From Acidimicrobiales bacterium (GTDB lineage: Bacteria > Actinomycetota > Acidimicrobiia > Acidimicrobiales > Bin134), in the NCBI GenBank assembly GCA_965208805.1, contig OZ242355.1, positions 2,760,982-2,824,981 on the forward strand: 64,000 bases of DNA, given 5' to 3'. This document shows, piece after piece, positions 24,489 to 33,393 of the stretch; the stretch's first letter is position 1, and each line of letters begins with the position of its first letter. Under the pieces are notes generated by a model. The model was not told the origin of the DNA. It saw only the letters and a program-made list of their open reading frames with translations, and did no database searches. Made by a program: the position numbers and the translations under genes.

Positions 24489-24797
24489 TCACGGGAGAAT
24501 CTCGTGACCGCCTATGTCGAGCCAGATGATGTGAGTGGCCCCTTCCAAGATCTGTTTGCCGTAGGCAAAGGTGGCCCGTCCGTCTGGGGCCCATGACATC
24601 TCCCAAACCCCTCGATTCCCCCGGACCTGCTTGACTCGCAAACCGGGACGGAACGGGGCTCTTGAGACCCTCCCGGCATCCCTGGCCTCTAAGTCCTCGA
24701 TGAACAGCCTCAGGGCAGCCAGAAATCGCTGCTGATCTTGCCTACTCAGTTGTTTGTAACCGCGTCGAAACGAGTCGGCCTTGTCAAAGGTGGGCAC
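24489..24797 (-). CDS. RelE/ParE-superfamily-like toxin (copy 2)
   Basis: 102 aa. LRVKQVRGNRGVWEMSWAPDGRATFAYG...HIIWLDIGGHEILP is colinear with 9116..9418 along the whole length. Confidence 0.6.
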   Translation of the reverse strand: MPTFDKADSFRRGYKQLSRQDQQRFLAALRLFIEDLEARDAGRVSRAPFRPGLRVKQVRGNRGVWEMSWAPDGRATFAYGKQILEGATHIIWLDIGGHEILP

Positions 24798-24806
24798 TAC
24801 CCGAGA

Positions 24807-24989
24807 TCACGAGTCCTCTTCAAATGACGCCAGGAACTCCTCGGAGTTGAGATAGCGGGTATACCGCCCCGCTGCGATATCCCCGTGGGGGTCCGGGATG
24901 TCAGACTCAGCGTTCGCCCTCGCCCCGCGGCGCTCGCGACGGTTCGCCAGTGCAGCCACCGGCCATTGGAGCAAAGACTTAGCTGACAA
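24807..24989 (-). CDS. Putative antitoxin (copy 2)
   Basis: TTG at 24989 in the frame of shadow ORF 24807..26909. The 60-aa product (M)SAKSLLQWPVAALANRRERRG...NSEEFLASFEEDS is colinear with 9441..9644 (W-P..A..R.R and S.E.F.A. blocks). It ends 9 nt before the toxin start. Confidence 0.45.
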   Translation of the reverse strand: MSAKSLLQWPVAALANRRERRGARANAESDIPDPHGDIAAGRYTRYLNSEEFLASFEEDS

Positions 24990-25187
24990 TTCTGAATCCC
25001 TATCAGGCAATATCGCACACTCAATATACAGCGTCCTTTTCACTTCCCATACAGGTCCCTGTGTCTCGCAATCAGATACGACGCGTCGCCTTCGACGATC
25101 AGGGCGGACCGGCTGCTCACCATCAGCACCCGGCTGTGAGCAGGGTGGGAGTAGGGTTCCGGAAGCACTGATTTCTGGGAGTCCGGC

Positions 25188-26864
25188 ATGGAGCACTTCA
25201 CACTGCGAGGGGGAACCGTTGTCGACGGCACCGGCGAGCCGGCGCAGCGGGCTGATGTGACGGTGGCCGACGGGCGTATCTCCGCGGTGGGCGACGTTCC
25301 CCGCAGCAGCGGCGGTACCGACGTGGATGTGTCCGGGCTGGTGGTGTCGCCAGGGTTTGTGGACATCCACACCCATTTCGACGCCCAGGTGTTCTGGGAT
25401 CCAGACCTCACCCCGTCGTCTTGGCACGGAGTCACCACCGTGGTGCAGGGGAACTGCGGGTTCGGGATCGCCCCCACCAGGCCGCATGACCGCGAGCTGG
25501 TTATGGAGACCCTGGAGTTGGTGGAGGGGATGCGGGTCGACACCCTGAGGTCGGGCATCGACTGGTGCTTCGAGACGTTTCCCCAGTATCTGGACGTGGT
25601 GCGGGCGCTGCCCAAACGGATCAACCTGGGGGCATTCGTGCCCCACTCCATGGTGCGGCTGTATGTGATGGGCGCCGACGCCGCCTTCTCCCGGACCGCC
25701 ACCGACGCCGAGCTGGCCGATATCCGTCACATCACCCGGGAGGCCATGGATGCCGGGGCGGTGGGCATCTCCACCTCCCAGGCGCCGTCGCATCAGGGGC
25801 CGCAGGGCCGACCGGTGCCCAGCCGGTTCGCCGATGTCCGTGAGGTGGCCGCCCTGGTGGAGACGCTGGCCGAGGTCGGTCGAGGCATCATCGAGATCAC
25901 CTACGGGCCGCTGATGGAGATCGAGGAAGTTGCGCAGCTCTCCAAACAGCACGGCGTGCCCATCACCTGGGGCGCAGTGCTTCCCGGCCTGTTCGGCCCG
26001 CCCGGGTCGGCCATGGACATGCTGGAGCGGGGCACCTCGGTGGGCGGCCAGCTGTGGCCCCAGACCAGCACCCGGTTCATCACCACCCAGATGAGCCTGG
26101 AAAACCCCTACCAGTGGAGCCGGGTGCCGGCATTCGCCGAGGTATTGGGCCGGGGGGCCGACGCCATGGCCGCGGCTTACGCCGACCCCTCTTGGCGAGA
26201 GCGGGCCTTGGCGCAGATGGAGTCCATCGCGGATCAAACCGACTTCCTCGACGGCGACATCCAGGGCTACTTCCGACGCACCTCGGTGGAGGAGACCGGC
26301 TGCCACTTCGATCTGCGGGGTGTTCCGCTGGCCGATGTGGCCGCGGCCCGGGGTGGCCATCCGCTGGAGGTGATGCTGGACTTGGCCCTCGAGGACGGCC
26401 TGGCCACCCGGTTCCGCAACCTGCCTCGCACCGACAAAGCCGAGATCACCGAGCTGGTCACCGATCCCCGTACCGTTCTCGGCGCCCACGACGCCGGGGC
26501 CCACGTCGACATGCTGTGCGACTCCTGCTATCCGAGCTACACCCTGCGCTATTGGGTACGCGAGGAGCAGGCCATGACCCTGGAGCAGGCGGTGTGGCGT
26601 ATGAGTGGCCAACCCGCTGCCCTGTGGGGGCTGGCCGACCGGGGCACGATCGAGGAGGGCAAAGCCGCCGACCTCGTGGCCTTCGACCCCGAAACCGTGG
26701 GCGAAACCCACCCCGAGCGGGCCTGGGACTTCCCCGCCGACGGCGATCGGTTGATCGCCCGCAGCGAGGGCATCGAGCACATCTGGGTGAACGGCACCCC
26801 CACCCGCCAAAACGGCACCGACCTCGAAGGCGCCACTCCAGGAATGGTGATCGACTCCCGCTAA
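25188..26864 (+). CDS. N-acyl-D-amino-acid deacylase (D-aminoacylase) family amidohydrolase
   Basis: 558 aa. GGTVVDGTG...VSPGFVDIHTHFD...WHGVTTVVQGNCG is the characteristic N-terminal metal-binding pattern of this amidohydrolase family. Confidence 0.85.
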   Translation: MEHFTLRGGTVVDGTGEPAQRADVTVADGRISAVGDVPRSSGGTDVDVSGLVVSPGFVDIHTHFDAQVFWDPDLTPSSWHGVTTVVQGNCGFGIAPTRPHDRELVMETLELVEGMRVDTLRSGIDWCFETFPQYLDVVRALPKRINLGAFVPHSMVRLYVMGADAAFSRTATDAELADIRHITREAMDAGAVGISTSQAPSHQGPQGRPVPSRFADVREVAALVETLAEVGRGIIEITYGPLMEIEEVAQLSKQHGVPITWGAVLPGLFGPPGSAMDMLERGTSVGGQLWPQTSTRFITTQMSLENPYQWSRVPAFAEVLGRGADAMAAAYADPSWRERALAQMESIADQTDFLDGDIQGYFRRTSVEETGCHFDLRGVPLADVAAARGGHPLEVMLDLALEDGLATRFRNLPRTDKAEITELVTDPRTVLGAHDAGAHVDMLCDSCYPSYTLRYWVREEQAMTLEQAVWRMSGQPAALWGLADRGTIEEGKAADLVAFDPETVGETHPERAWDFPADGDRLIARSEGIEHIWVNGTPTRQNGTDLEGATPGMVIDSR

Positions 26865-27883
26865 GAGACGCCGCCTTCGGCGAGCAGGGCGGCGAGGCTG
26901 CGGCGCCATTCGACTGAGGGACGGTCGGATTGGACGCTGACGGTGGCACCGACGTCCATGGGCAGCACGCCCTCAAGCTTCTCCAGCATGGCTTTGTCTT
27001 CGGCGCCGATGGCCAGGTCGAACTGCATGATCTCGTCGGCGGGCACCGAGAAGTCGTCGTTGCGCCACACCACGAAGTTGAACAGCGAGTTCACGTCGTC
27101 CATCGGAGTGGTCAACAGCAACAAGATGTGCTCCAGACCGGAGTCGTAGGCGATGGTGCTGCGCACCGAGAACGGCAGCACATAGCCGGTGGTCATCCGG
27201 CGGTGCAGCACGTCGTCGTCTTGGCCGGTAGTGGTCTGGCCTGCATCGGATGTGTTGTTGGCGTTCACTTCGTACACGTAGCCCCGATAGCCGTCGGGCA
27301 GGTCACCCATCTCCAAGGGCGGTATCACCGTCTCCTGGGCCAGCCCGAAGGTGGCGGTGTGGACGAAGGGGAAATGGGAAAAGTCCATGAAGTTGTCGGT
27401 GATCCGGGTGGATGAAACCGCCCACTGCTGGAACGGCGTATTGAGCCGGCGGAACTCGGGGTTGTCCTCTTGGGGGATTTCGGGGATCCGGCCCAGGGGC
27501 TTGCCCGGACACAGCCACACCAGGCCATAGCGCTCCTCGATGTCAACAGTGTTCAAGTGGGCCTTGGGCGGCACCGGGGTGCCGGGGGGCGAAGACGGCA
27601 CCAACTGGCACCGGCCCCCGGCTCCGAACCGCCATCCGTGATAGGGGCATTCCATGCAGCCGTCCACCATGCGTCCCTCCGACAGAGGGGCCTCTCGGTG
27701 GGGGCAGCGGTCGGGGGCCGCGGTGAGCGATCCGTCGTCGGAGCGCCACAGCACATAGCGGCGTCCCAGCACCTGAATCCCGACTGGGCCCGGAGCGATG
27801 TCTTCGCTGAGGGCAATGGGGTACCACTGGTGGTCCAGCGCGGGCTGGCCGACGAGCTGATTGGAAGCGCCGTTCCCACTCAT
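26861..27883 (-). CDS. Rieske [2Fe-2S] non-heme iron oxygenase, alpha-subunit type (demethylase/hydroxylase-like)
   Basis: 340 aa. It has the Rieske motif CPHREAPLSEG...CPYHGWRF and a C-terminal mononuclear-iron domain region with FMDFSHFPFVH. Confidence 0.85.
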   Translation of the reverse strand: MSGNGASNQLVGQPALDHQWYPIALSEDIAPGPVGIQVLGRRYVLWRSDDGSLTAAPDRCPHREAPLSEGRMVDGCMECPYHGWRFGAGGRCQLVPSSPPGTPVPPKAHLNTVDIEERYGLVWLCPGKPLGRIPEIPQEDNPEFRRLNTPFQQWAVSSTRITDNFMDFSHFPFVHTATFGLAQETVIPPLEMGDLPDGYRGYVYEVNANNTSDAGQTTTGQDDDVLHRRMTTGYVLPFSVRSTIAYDSGLEHILLLLTTPMDDVNSLFNFVVWRNDDFSVPADEIMQFDLAIGAEDKAMLEKLEGVLPMDVGATVSVQSDRPSVEWRRSLAALLAEGGVS

Positions 27884-28005
27884 GGGCCGATGATATCCCG
27901 TTGGATTCCCCCGAAAAGGGGGAAGCTCATGTCCTTATGTGGTTGCTGCGCGTCTCGCCCTATAGAAGAATCATGAGCGATTTTGAAGGCCCGGAGAGCT
28001 ACTAA

Positions 28006-30723
28006 ATGGACAAATCCGAACCACACGTGATCACCGAAGCGCTGGAACGGCCTTCAGGCGCTCACTTCGTGCGGTGCGCACTTCAGGTGAACCCCCACCA
28101 CTATCTCGAGAACTACCGGAACTCGCCCCACGACGGCGATGCCCAGAGCCATGCGTCAAGTCTCGTGGAGAAGGCGCGCGAACTCGGAATTGGCGTGCTT
28201 GCGATCACCGACCACAACAGCGTTCAAGACGTGGAGACGTTCCGCGAGGCAGCAGAAGGTTCAGGAGTGACCGTGCTGCCCGGCTTCGAATTGGAGTCGA
28301 CCGACGGAATTCATGTCCTGTGCATCTATGACTCGGACACCACCACGGACCAACTCAATCGGCTCCTGGGCGAATTCGGCATCCGCGAGCCCGAGCCTTC
28401 ACGAGACAATTGCAGCCACGACTTCGCCGCGATTTTGGAGAAGGTCTCCAGCCAGGGTGGGATCGCTATAGCGGCACACGCTTTTGGGGAAAAGGGGCTC
28501 TTCAAGGCCCTCCGAAAGAGTGCTCGAGCGCTGGCATGGAGGAACGAGAACTTGTTGGCGATACAGATTCCCTCGTCGATTGACGAGCTCAACGAGGGGG
28601 AGCGCTCGATCATCAGGAACGATGAGCCGGAGTATGCCCGCCCGTATAAGGCCGGTCAGCGTCAGGCCATTGCCGTGGTCAATGCAAAAGATGTCGCCAT
28701 CGTGAGTGACCTAGGCGATCAGGGAGCGACCACCCTGATCAAGTTTGCCGGCCAGCCCAGCGTCGAAGGGTTACGACAGGCCTTTCTCGATCCTGATTCG
28801 CGTGTCCGCCTAAACACTGATGAGGAACTTGAAGAGCATTCGGAGCTGGCGGCCATTGCGTGGGAGGGCGGTGGCTTTCTTGATGGCGGTGCGATTCACT
28901 TTAATCCTAATCTGAACGTGCTCGTCGGCGGCCGTGGCACAGGCAAATCGACCGTGATCGAGAGCATTCGGTACGCCTTGGACCTGGAACCAGCTGGTGA
29001 CGAAGCTCGCAATGCACACCGCGACATCGTCCGCCATGTGCTTCGTAGCGGTACCAAGGTGTCGCTGCTGGTGCGTTCGCTGCATCCCGCCGAACGCCGG
29101 TATCGCATCGAGCGTACTGTTCCGAATCCTCCGGTGGTTCGCAATGACGAAGGTGAGATATTGAACCTGCGGCCGATTGACGTGCTGCCTCGGGTCGAGG
29201 TGTTCGGCCAGCACGAGATTTCTGAGCTCACCCGCAGCGGTTCCAAACTCACCATGCTCCTTGACCGCTTTGTGCGCTCCGATACCGACCTGGAAGCTCG
29301 AAAGGTGAGCATTCAGCGCGGACTGCAAGCCTCTCGGGCAGCAATTCTCGAAGCTGACGATGAACTCGCCTCGATCGACGAGCGCCTTGCTGAATTGCCC
29401 CGGCTTGAAGAAACCTTGGAGCGGTTTCAAGAAGCTGGTCTCGAGGACCGTCTCAAAGACCAGAGCTTGCTGGTTCGCGAGTCTCAGATAGTCGACTCCA
29501 TTTCAGAACGCCTTCAGCCGGTACACGAGATTCTGGCGGGACTGCGCCAAGAACTCCCTATAGACCAAGCCTTCCTATCACCGCGCTCACTAGCCGAACT
29601 GCCCGGAGCACCGATCCTGGACAAGGCGAACTCGGTTCTGAAAGAGCTGAACGACGCACTTGAATCGGCGGCGAAGCAGATCGAGAGCGCCCTGGAGCAG
29701 GCCAAGCAAGGAATCGACACAATCACCGCGGAGTGGTCGGAGCACAAGTCGGCGATAGATGAGCAGTACGAGGCGATTCTTCGCGAGCTGCAAAAGTCAG
29801 CCGTAGACGGGGAGGAATTCATCCGCTTGCGGCGAAACATCGAGAACCTGCGGCCTCTCAAAGAGCGGCGAGGCACGCTTGAGGAGCTGCGCAGCGGGGA
29901 AATGCAGCGACGACGCGATCTGCTTGATGAGTGGGAAGGGGTCAAGGCCGCCCAGTTCCGTGAGCTTGATCGCGCGGCGAAGCGAGTGAGCAAGCGGCTC
30001 AAGGGCTTTGTCCGGGTTGATGTCACCGCCGCCGGAGATCGGACACCGTTGACGCGCTTGCTGAGAGATGAGATCGGTGGCCGGCTAGATGTCGCAATCC
30101 GGCAGCTTGAAGCAGCCGAGGACCTGTCCCTCACCGATCTGGCGGCTCGCTGTCGCGCGGGGGCAGCAGAACTGTCGAAACACTTCGACATCACTCGGCA
30201 ACAAGCTGAAAGCATCGCCGGAGCGGGAGAAAGCACGCTCATGAAGATTGAGGAACTGGAGTTACCGCCAACCACTGAGTTGCTCCTGAACACGTCGGGC
30301 AGCGCGACAGAGGAGTCGTGGCAGTCGCTCCGTAAATTGTCGAAGGGCCAGAAAGCCACCGCCGTACTGCTGCTATTGCTGCTTGAATCCGATGCACCGC
30401 TAATTGTCGACCAACCGGAGGACGACCTCGACAACCGCTTCATCAGCGAGGTCATCGTCGAAAAAATGCGAGAGAACAAGAGGCAGCGACAATTTGTCTT
30501 CTCGACGCACAACGCGAACATTCCCGTGCTCGGAGACGCTGAGCTCATATTGGGCCTCGACGCCCAGGGTGATGTCGACGACGGGGATTTTGAAGGACGG
30601 GCATTTATCAGCCCTGAGCACATGGGATCAATTGACACGCCCGCAGTTCGGGCTCTGGTAGAAGAAATCCTCGAAGGCGGCAAAGAAGCGTTCGAGCGCC
30701 GTCGCCGCAAGTACGGCTTCTGA
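28006..30723 (+). CDS. PHP-domain phosphoesterase fused to an ABC/SMC-like ATPase with coiled-coil insert (PplA/TrlF-like architecture, from memory)
   Basis: 905 aa. PHP motifs: HFVRCALQVNPHHY, LAITDHNS, GIHVLCIY, IAAHAF. ATPase motifs: Walker A GGRGTGKST (about 28924-28953), a long Glu/Leu/Arg-rich coiled-coil region, signature-like LSKGQK, Walker B LIVDQPEDDLD (about 30401-30432) and the H-loop FVFSTHNANI. GC is clearly lower than in the flanks. Confidence 0.85.
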   Translation: MDKSEPHVITEALERPSGAHFVRCALQVNPHHYLENYRNSPHDGDAQSHASSLVEKARELGIGVLAITDHNSVQDVETFREAAEGSGVTVLPGFELESTDGIHVLCIYDSDTTTDQLNRLLGEFGIREPEPSRDNCSHDFAAILEKVSSQGGIAIAAHAFGEKGLFKALRKSARALAWRNENLLAIQIPSSIDELNEGERSIIRNDEPEYARPYKAGQRQAIAVVNAKDVAIVSDLGDQGATTLIKFAGQPSVEGLRQAFLDPDSRVRLNTDEELEEHSELAAIAWEGGGFLDGGAIHFNPNLNVLVGGRGTGKSTVIESIRYALDLEPAGDEARNAHRDIVRHVLRSGTKVSLLVRSLHPAERRYRIERTVPNPPVVRNDEGEILNLRPIDVLPRVEVFGQHEISELTRSGSKLTMLLDRFVRSDTDLEARKVSIQRGLQASRAAILEADDELASIDERLAELPRLEETLERFQEAGLEDRLKDQSLLVRESQIVDSISERLQPVHEILAGLRQELPIDQAFLSPRSLAELPGAPILDKANSVLKELNDALESAAKQIESALEQAKQGIDTITAEWSEHKSAIDEQYEAILRELQKSAVDGEEFIRLRRNIENLRPLKERRGTLEELRSGEMQRRRDLLDEWEGVKAAQFRELDRAAKRVSKRLKGFVRVDVTAAGDRTPLTRLLRDEIGGRLDVAIRQLEAAEDLSLTDLAARCRAGAAELSKHFDITRQQAESIAGAGESTLMKIEELELPPTTELLLNTSGSATEESWQSLRKLSKGQKATAVLLLLLLESDAPLIVDQPEDDLDNRFISEVIVEKMRENKRQRQFVFSTHNANIPVLGDAELILGLDAQGDVDDGDFEGRAFISPEHMGSIDTPAVRALVEEILEGGKEAFERRRRKYGF

Positions 30724-30732
30724 AGTCAACCT

Positions 30733-31953
30733 ATGAATCAGACCGATTTGCTCCGACTGATTGCCGGTGGCGAGAACTCGCGCGTGGAATTCAAGCGGGA
30801 CGACTTGAAGCCGGTCAAGATCGCCGAGGTGATCGCCGGACTGCTGAATCTCCAAGGCGGTCAGGTGCTGCTCGGTGTCGAGGACGACGGCGAAATTTCG
30901 GGGCTAACGCGTTCGAGTGGGAAGGCCGAGGAGTGGATCATGCAGATCGCTCGCGATCATCTGATGCCCTCCATTATCCCTACCTGGGAGGTCACCGATC
31001 TCGAAGGCGGCACCATGGTCGGAATTGTGACTGTGCCGGCCAATGCACCTGACAAGCCTTACAAGTGCAAACAAGGAGCGCACTGGGTTACCAAGGTCCG
31101 GGTCGGCACCACGACGCTCGACGCCACTCGTGAGGAGGAGCAGAGGCTGTACCAACAGTCGGGGGGTCTCCGCTACGGCCTCAAACCGGTGCCAGGTGCT
31201 GGCGTAGCGGACCTTGATGCACGACGCCTAAAGGACTACTTCGTCCGCATCCGCGGCGATGCGGAGATGCCTAGCCCCGGCTCGGAGCAGTGGAGCCGGC
31301 AGCTCTGCAACCTCGAACTTGCCACCGAGACAGATGGCGAAATCTACGCCACCGTCGATGGGATGCTCCTATTCGGCCAGAACACTGGGCGATTCCTTCC
31401 ACAGTGTGGAATTCGGGCTGTGTGCTTCGCGGGCAATGAGCCGGGCTATGCCACGAAGTCCGATGAGAGCATCAAGGGCCCTCTAGTGGGCTTGTTCTCA
31501 ATTGGCGGCGATTTGGTCGAGACAGGAGTCGTGGAGAGGGCTCTCGATTTCATCCGTCGCAATACGGGCACATCCGCGACGCTGGAGGACGGTCGCCGTG
31601 TGGAACGCCGTGAATTCCCCGAGGTGGCCGTCCGCGAGGTAGTGGTCAATGCCCTCGTACACCGCGACTACAGCATCGCTGGGGCAGACGTGCTGCTATC
31701 AGTCTTCAATGATCGAATTGAAGTACAAAGTCCTGGAAGCTTGCCGAACACCATAAGCATCGAAGGCATCCGCGCCGGGGTCCGCTATGCGCGCAATCAA
31801 GTGATGATGAGCATCATGCGTGACTATGGATACGTTGAGGGGCTGGGCATGGGCATCCGCCGGCAGGTCATTCCCGCCATGGCGCAACACAACGGCACGG
31901 AACCGGACTTCCTCGAAGAAGAATTTCGCTTTTCCGTTTGTCTGCGGAAGTAG
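30733..31953 (+). CDS. Schlafen/AlbA_2 (divergent AAA) domain + HATPase_c_4 domain protein
   Basis: 406 aa, starting 9 nt after the upstream stop. N-terminal AlbA_2 pattern: LIAGGENSRVEFKRD...LLNLQGGQVLLGVEDDGEISG. C-terminal HATPase_c_4 pattern: REVVVNALVHRDYSIAGADVLLSVFNDRIEVQSPGSLP...ARNQVMMSIMRDYGYVEGLGMGIRR. Confidence 0.8.
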   Translation: MNQTDLLRLIAGGENSRVEFKRDDLKPVKIAEVIAGLLNLQGGQVLLGVEDDGEISGLTRSSGKAEEWIMQIARDHLMPSIIPTWEVTDLEGGTMVGIVTVPANAPDKPYKCKQGAHWVTKVRVGTTTLDATREEEQRLYQQSGGLRYGLKPVPGAGVADLDARRLKDYFVRIRGDAEMPSPGSEQWSRQLCNLELATETDGEIYATVDGMLLFGQNTGRFLPQCGIRAVCFAGNEPGYATKSDESIKGPLVGLFSIGGDLVETGVVERALDFIRRNTGTSATLEDGRRVERREFPEVAVREVVVNALVHRDYSIAGADVLLSVFNDRIEVQSPGSLPNTISIEGIRAGVRYARNQVMMSIMRDYGYVEGLGMGIRRQVIPAMAQHNGTEPDFLEEEFRFSVCLRK

Positions 31954-31991
31954 GAGCGAAACCGGACACTGCGCCGGTAACGTCAACTGAC

Positions 31992-33365
31992 GTGTCGACA
32001 GCCGACTGGGTGATCACCGGCGACATCGTGACCATGGACGCCGAGCGCGCCATTGTCTCGGGCGGCGCAGTGGCGGTAGCCGACGGGAAGATCGCCGCGG
32101 TGGGCAAAGCCGACGACATCAGAGCGCGATACCCCGGCGCTCCCGAGCGGGGATCGGCCGACGCGCTGGTGGTGCCCGGATTTGTCAACGCCCATCAGCA
32201 CCTCACCGCCGACCGGTTGGTGGCCTCGGCCATCCCCGACGACCTGCCCCCCGGCGCGGCCATCTTCGAGTGGATCGTGCCCGTCCACGAGCACGTCACC
32301 GGCGATGATGATGAGCTGTCCGCCACCCTGGGGCTGGTGGAGGCTGCGGCCAACGGGATCACCACCACCATCGACGCTGGCACGGTGGCCCACCCCAACA
32401 GGGTGGCCCAAGCCATGGACGCAGTGGGCGTGCGGGGCGCCGTCGCCCGCTGGGGTTCGGACGCCGACGGGTTGCCCCAGTCGGGCCCGGTAAACGAGGT
32501 GATCGACGCCCAGCGGGATCTCATAGAGAGATATCCCCCCGGCGGCCTAGTGGAGGCGTCGGTCACGCTGGTGGGCCACGACTTGATGTCCGACGACTTG
32601 GTGATGGCAGCCGCCGATCTGGCCCGCTCCTCCGGGCGGCGGCTGAGCTTCCACATCTCCCCCACCCCGAACGACGCTGCCAGCTATCTGGAGCGGACCG
32701 GGCACCGCCCGCTGGTACACCTCGACCGCTTGGGGGTGCTCGGCCCCAATGTGCTGGTGGGCCACGCCGTACACATCGACGACGCCGAAGTGGAAACCCT
32801 GGTACGCACCGGCACCGCAGTGGCCTCCTGCCCGTGGGCCTACCTTCGGTTGGGTCAAGGGCTCACCGAGCACTTCGCCCACTTGGAGTTGTTGCGGCGG
32901 GGCGGGCGATTGGCGCTGGGTTGTGATACCGAGAACGCTGGCGATGCCATCGACGGGCTGCGGGCCGCCGCCCTGTTCGCCGGTTTGGCCAAAGACACCG
33001 CTGCCGACCCCACCGAGTTCGGCGCCCACCACGCCTTCGAGCTGCTGACGATCACCGGAGCCGAGGCGGTGGGAATGGCCGACCAAATCGGCTCCCTGGA
33101 GACGGGCAAAGCCGCCGACATCGTGGTGATCGACCGTTCCGGCATCCAGTGGCAACCGCCCAGCCCCGACCCGATTTTGCAACTGGTGTGGGCGGGCGGA
33201 GGCCGCTCGGTCACCGATGTACTGGTGGACGGTCGCCTCGTGATTGCCGACGGGCAGTGCACCACAGTGGACACCGGATCGCTGCGCATCGAGGCCCGCC
33301 AGGCCGCCCGATCCCTCATCGAGCGCTCGGGCATCCGCCCCCGTTCCCGCTGGCCGATGCGATAG
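31992..33365 (+). CDS. Amidohydrolase-family protein (chlorohydrolase/aminohydrolase, TRZ/ATZ-like)
   Basis: Frame of ORF 31938..33365. The GTG at 31992 avoids overlap with the upstream gene. VVPGFVNAHQHL is the metal-binding motif, with later HAVHIDD and D-containing C-terminal motifs. The start is uncertain. Confidence 0.8.
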   Translation: MSTADWVITGDIVTMDAERAIVSGGAVAVADGKIAAVGKADDIRARYPGAPERGSADALVVPGFVNAHQHLTADRLVASAIPDDLPPGAAIFEWIVPVHEHVTGDDDELSATLGLVEAAANGITTTIDAGTVAHPNRVAQAMDAVGVRGAVARWGSDADGLPQSGPVNEVIDAQRDLIERYPPGGLVEASVTLVGHDLMSDDLVMAAADLARSSGRRLSFHISPTPNDAASYLERTGHRPLVHLDRLGVLGPNVLVGHAVHIDDAEVETLVRTGTAVASCPWAYLRLGQGLTEHFAHLELLRRGGRLALGCDTENAGDAIDGLRAAALFAGLAKDTAADPTEFGAHHAFELLTITGAEAVGMADQIGSLETGKAADIVVIDRSGIQWQPPSPDPILQLVWAGGGRSVTDVLVDGRLVIADGQCTTVDTGSLRIEARQAARSLIERSGIRPRSRWPMR

Positions 33366-33393
33366 CCAACAACATCAAGTAGAAATAGAAGCG

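Noticed and set aside
27906-27924. Hairpin TTCCCCC-gaaaa-GGGGGAA as a rho-independent terminator.
   Set aside because: No gene ends upstream of it on either strand: the Rieske gene starts at 27883 and the PHP-ATPase gene starts at 28006. There is also no U-tract. It is mentioned only as a landmark in the flank of the low-GC cassette.
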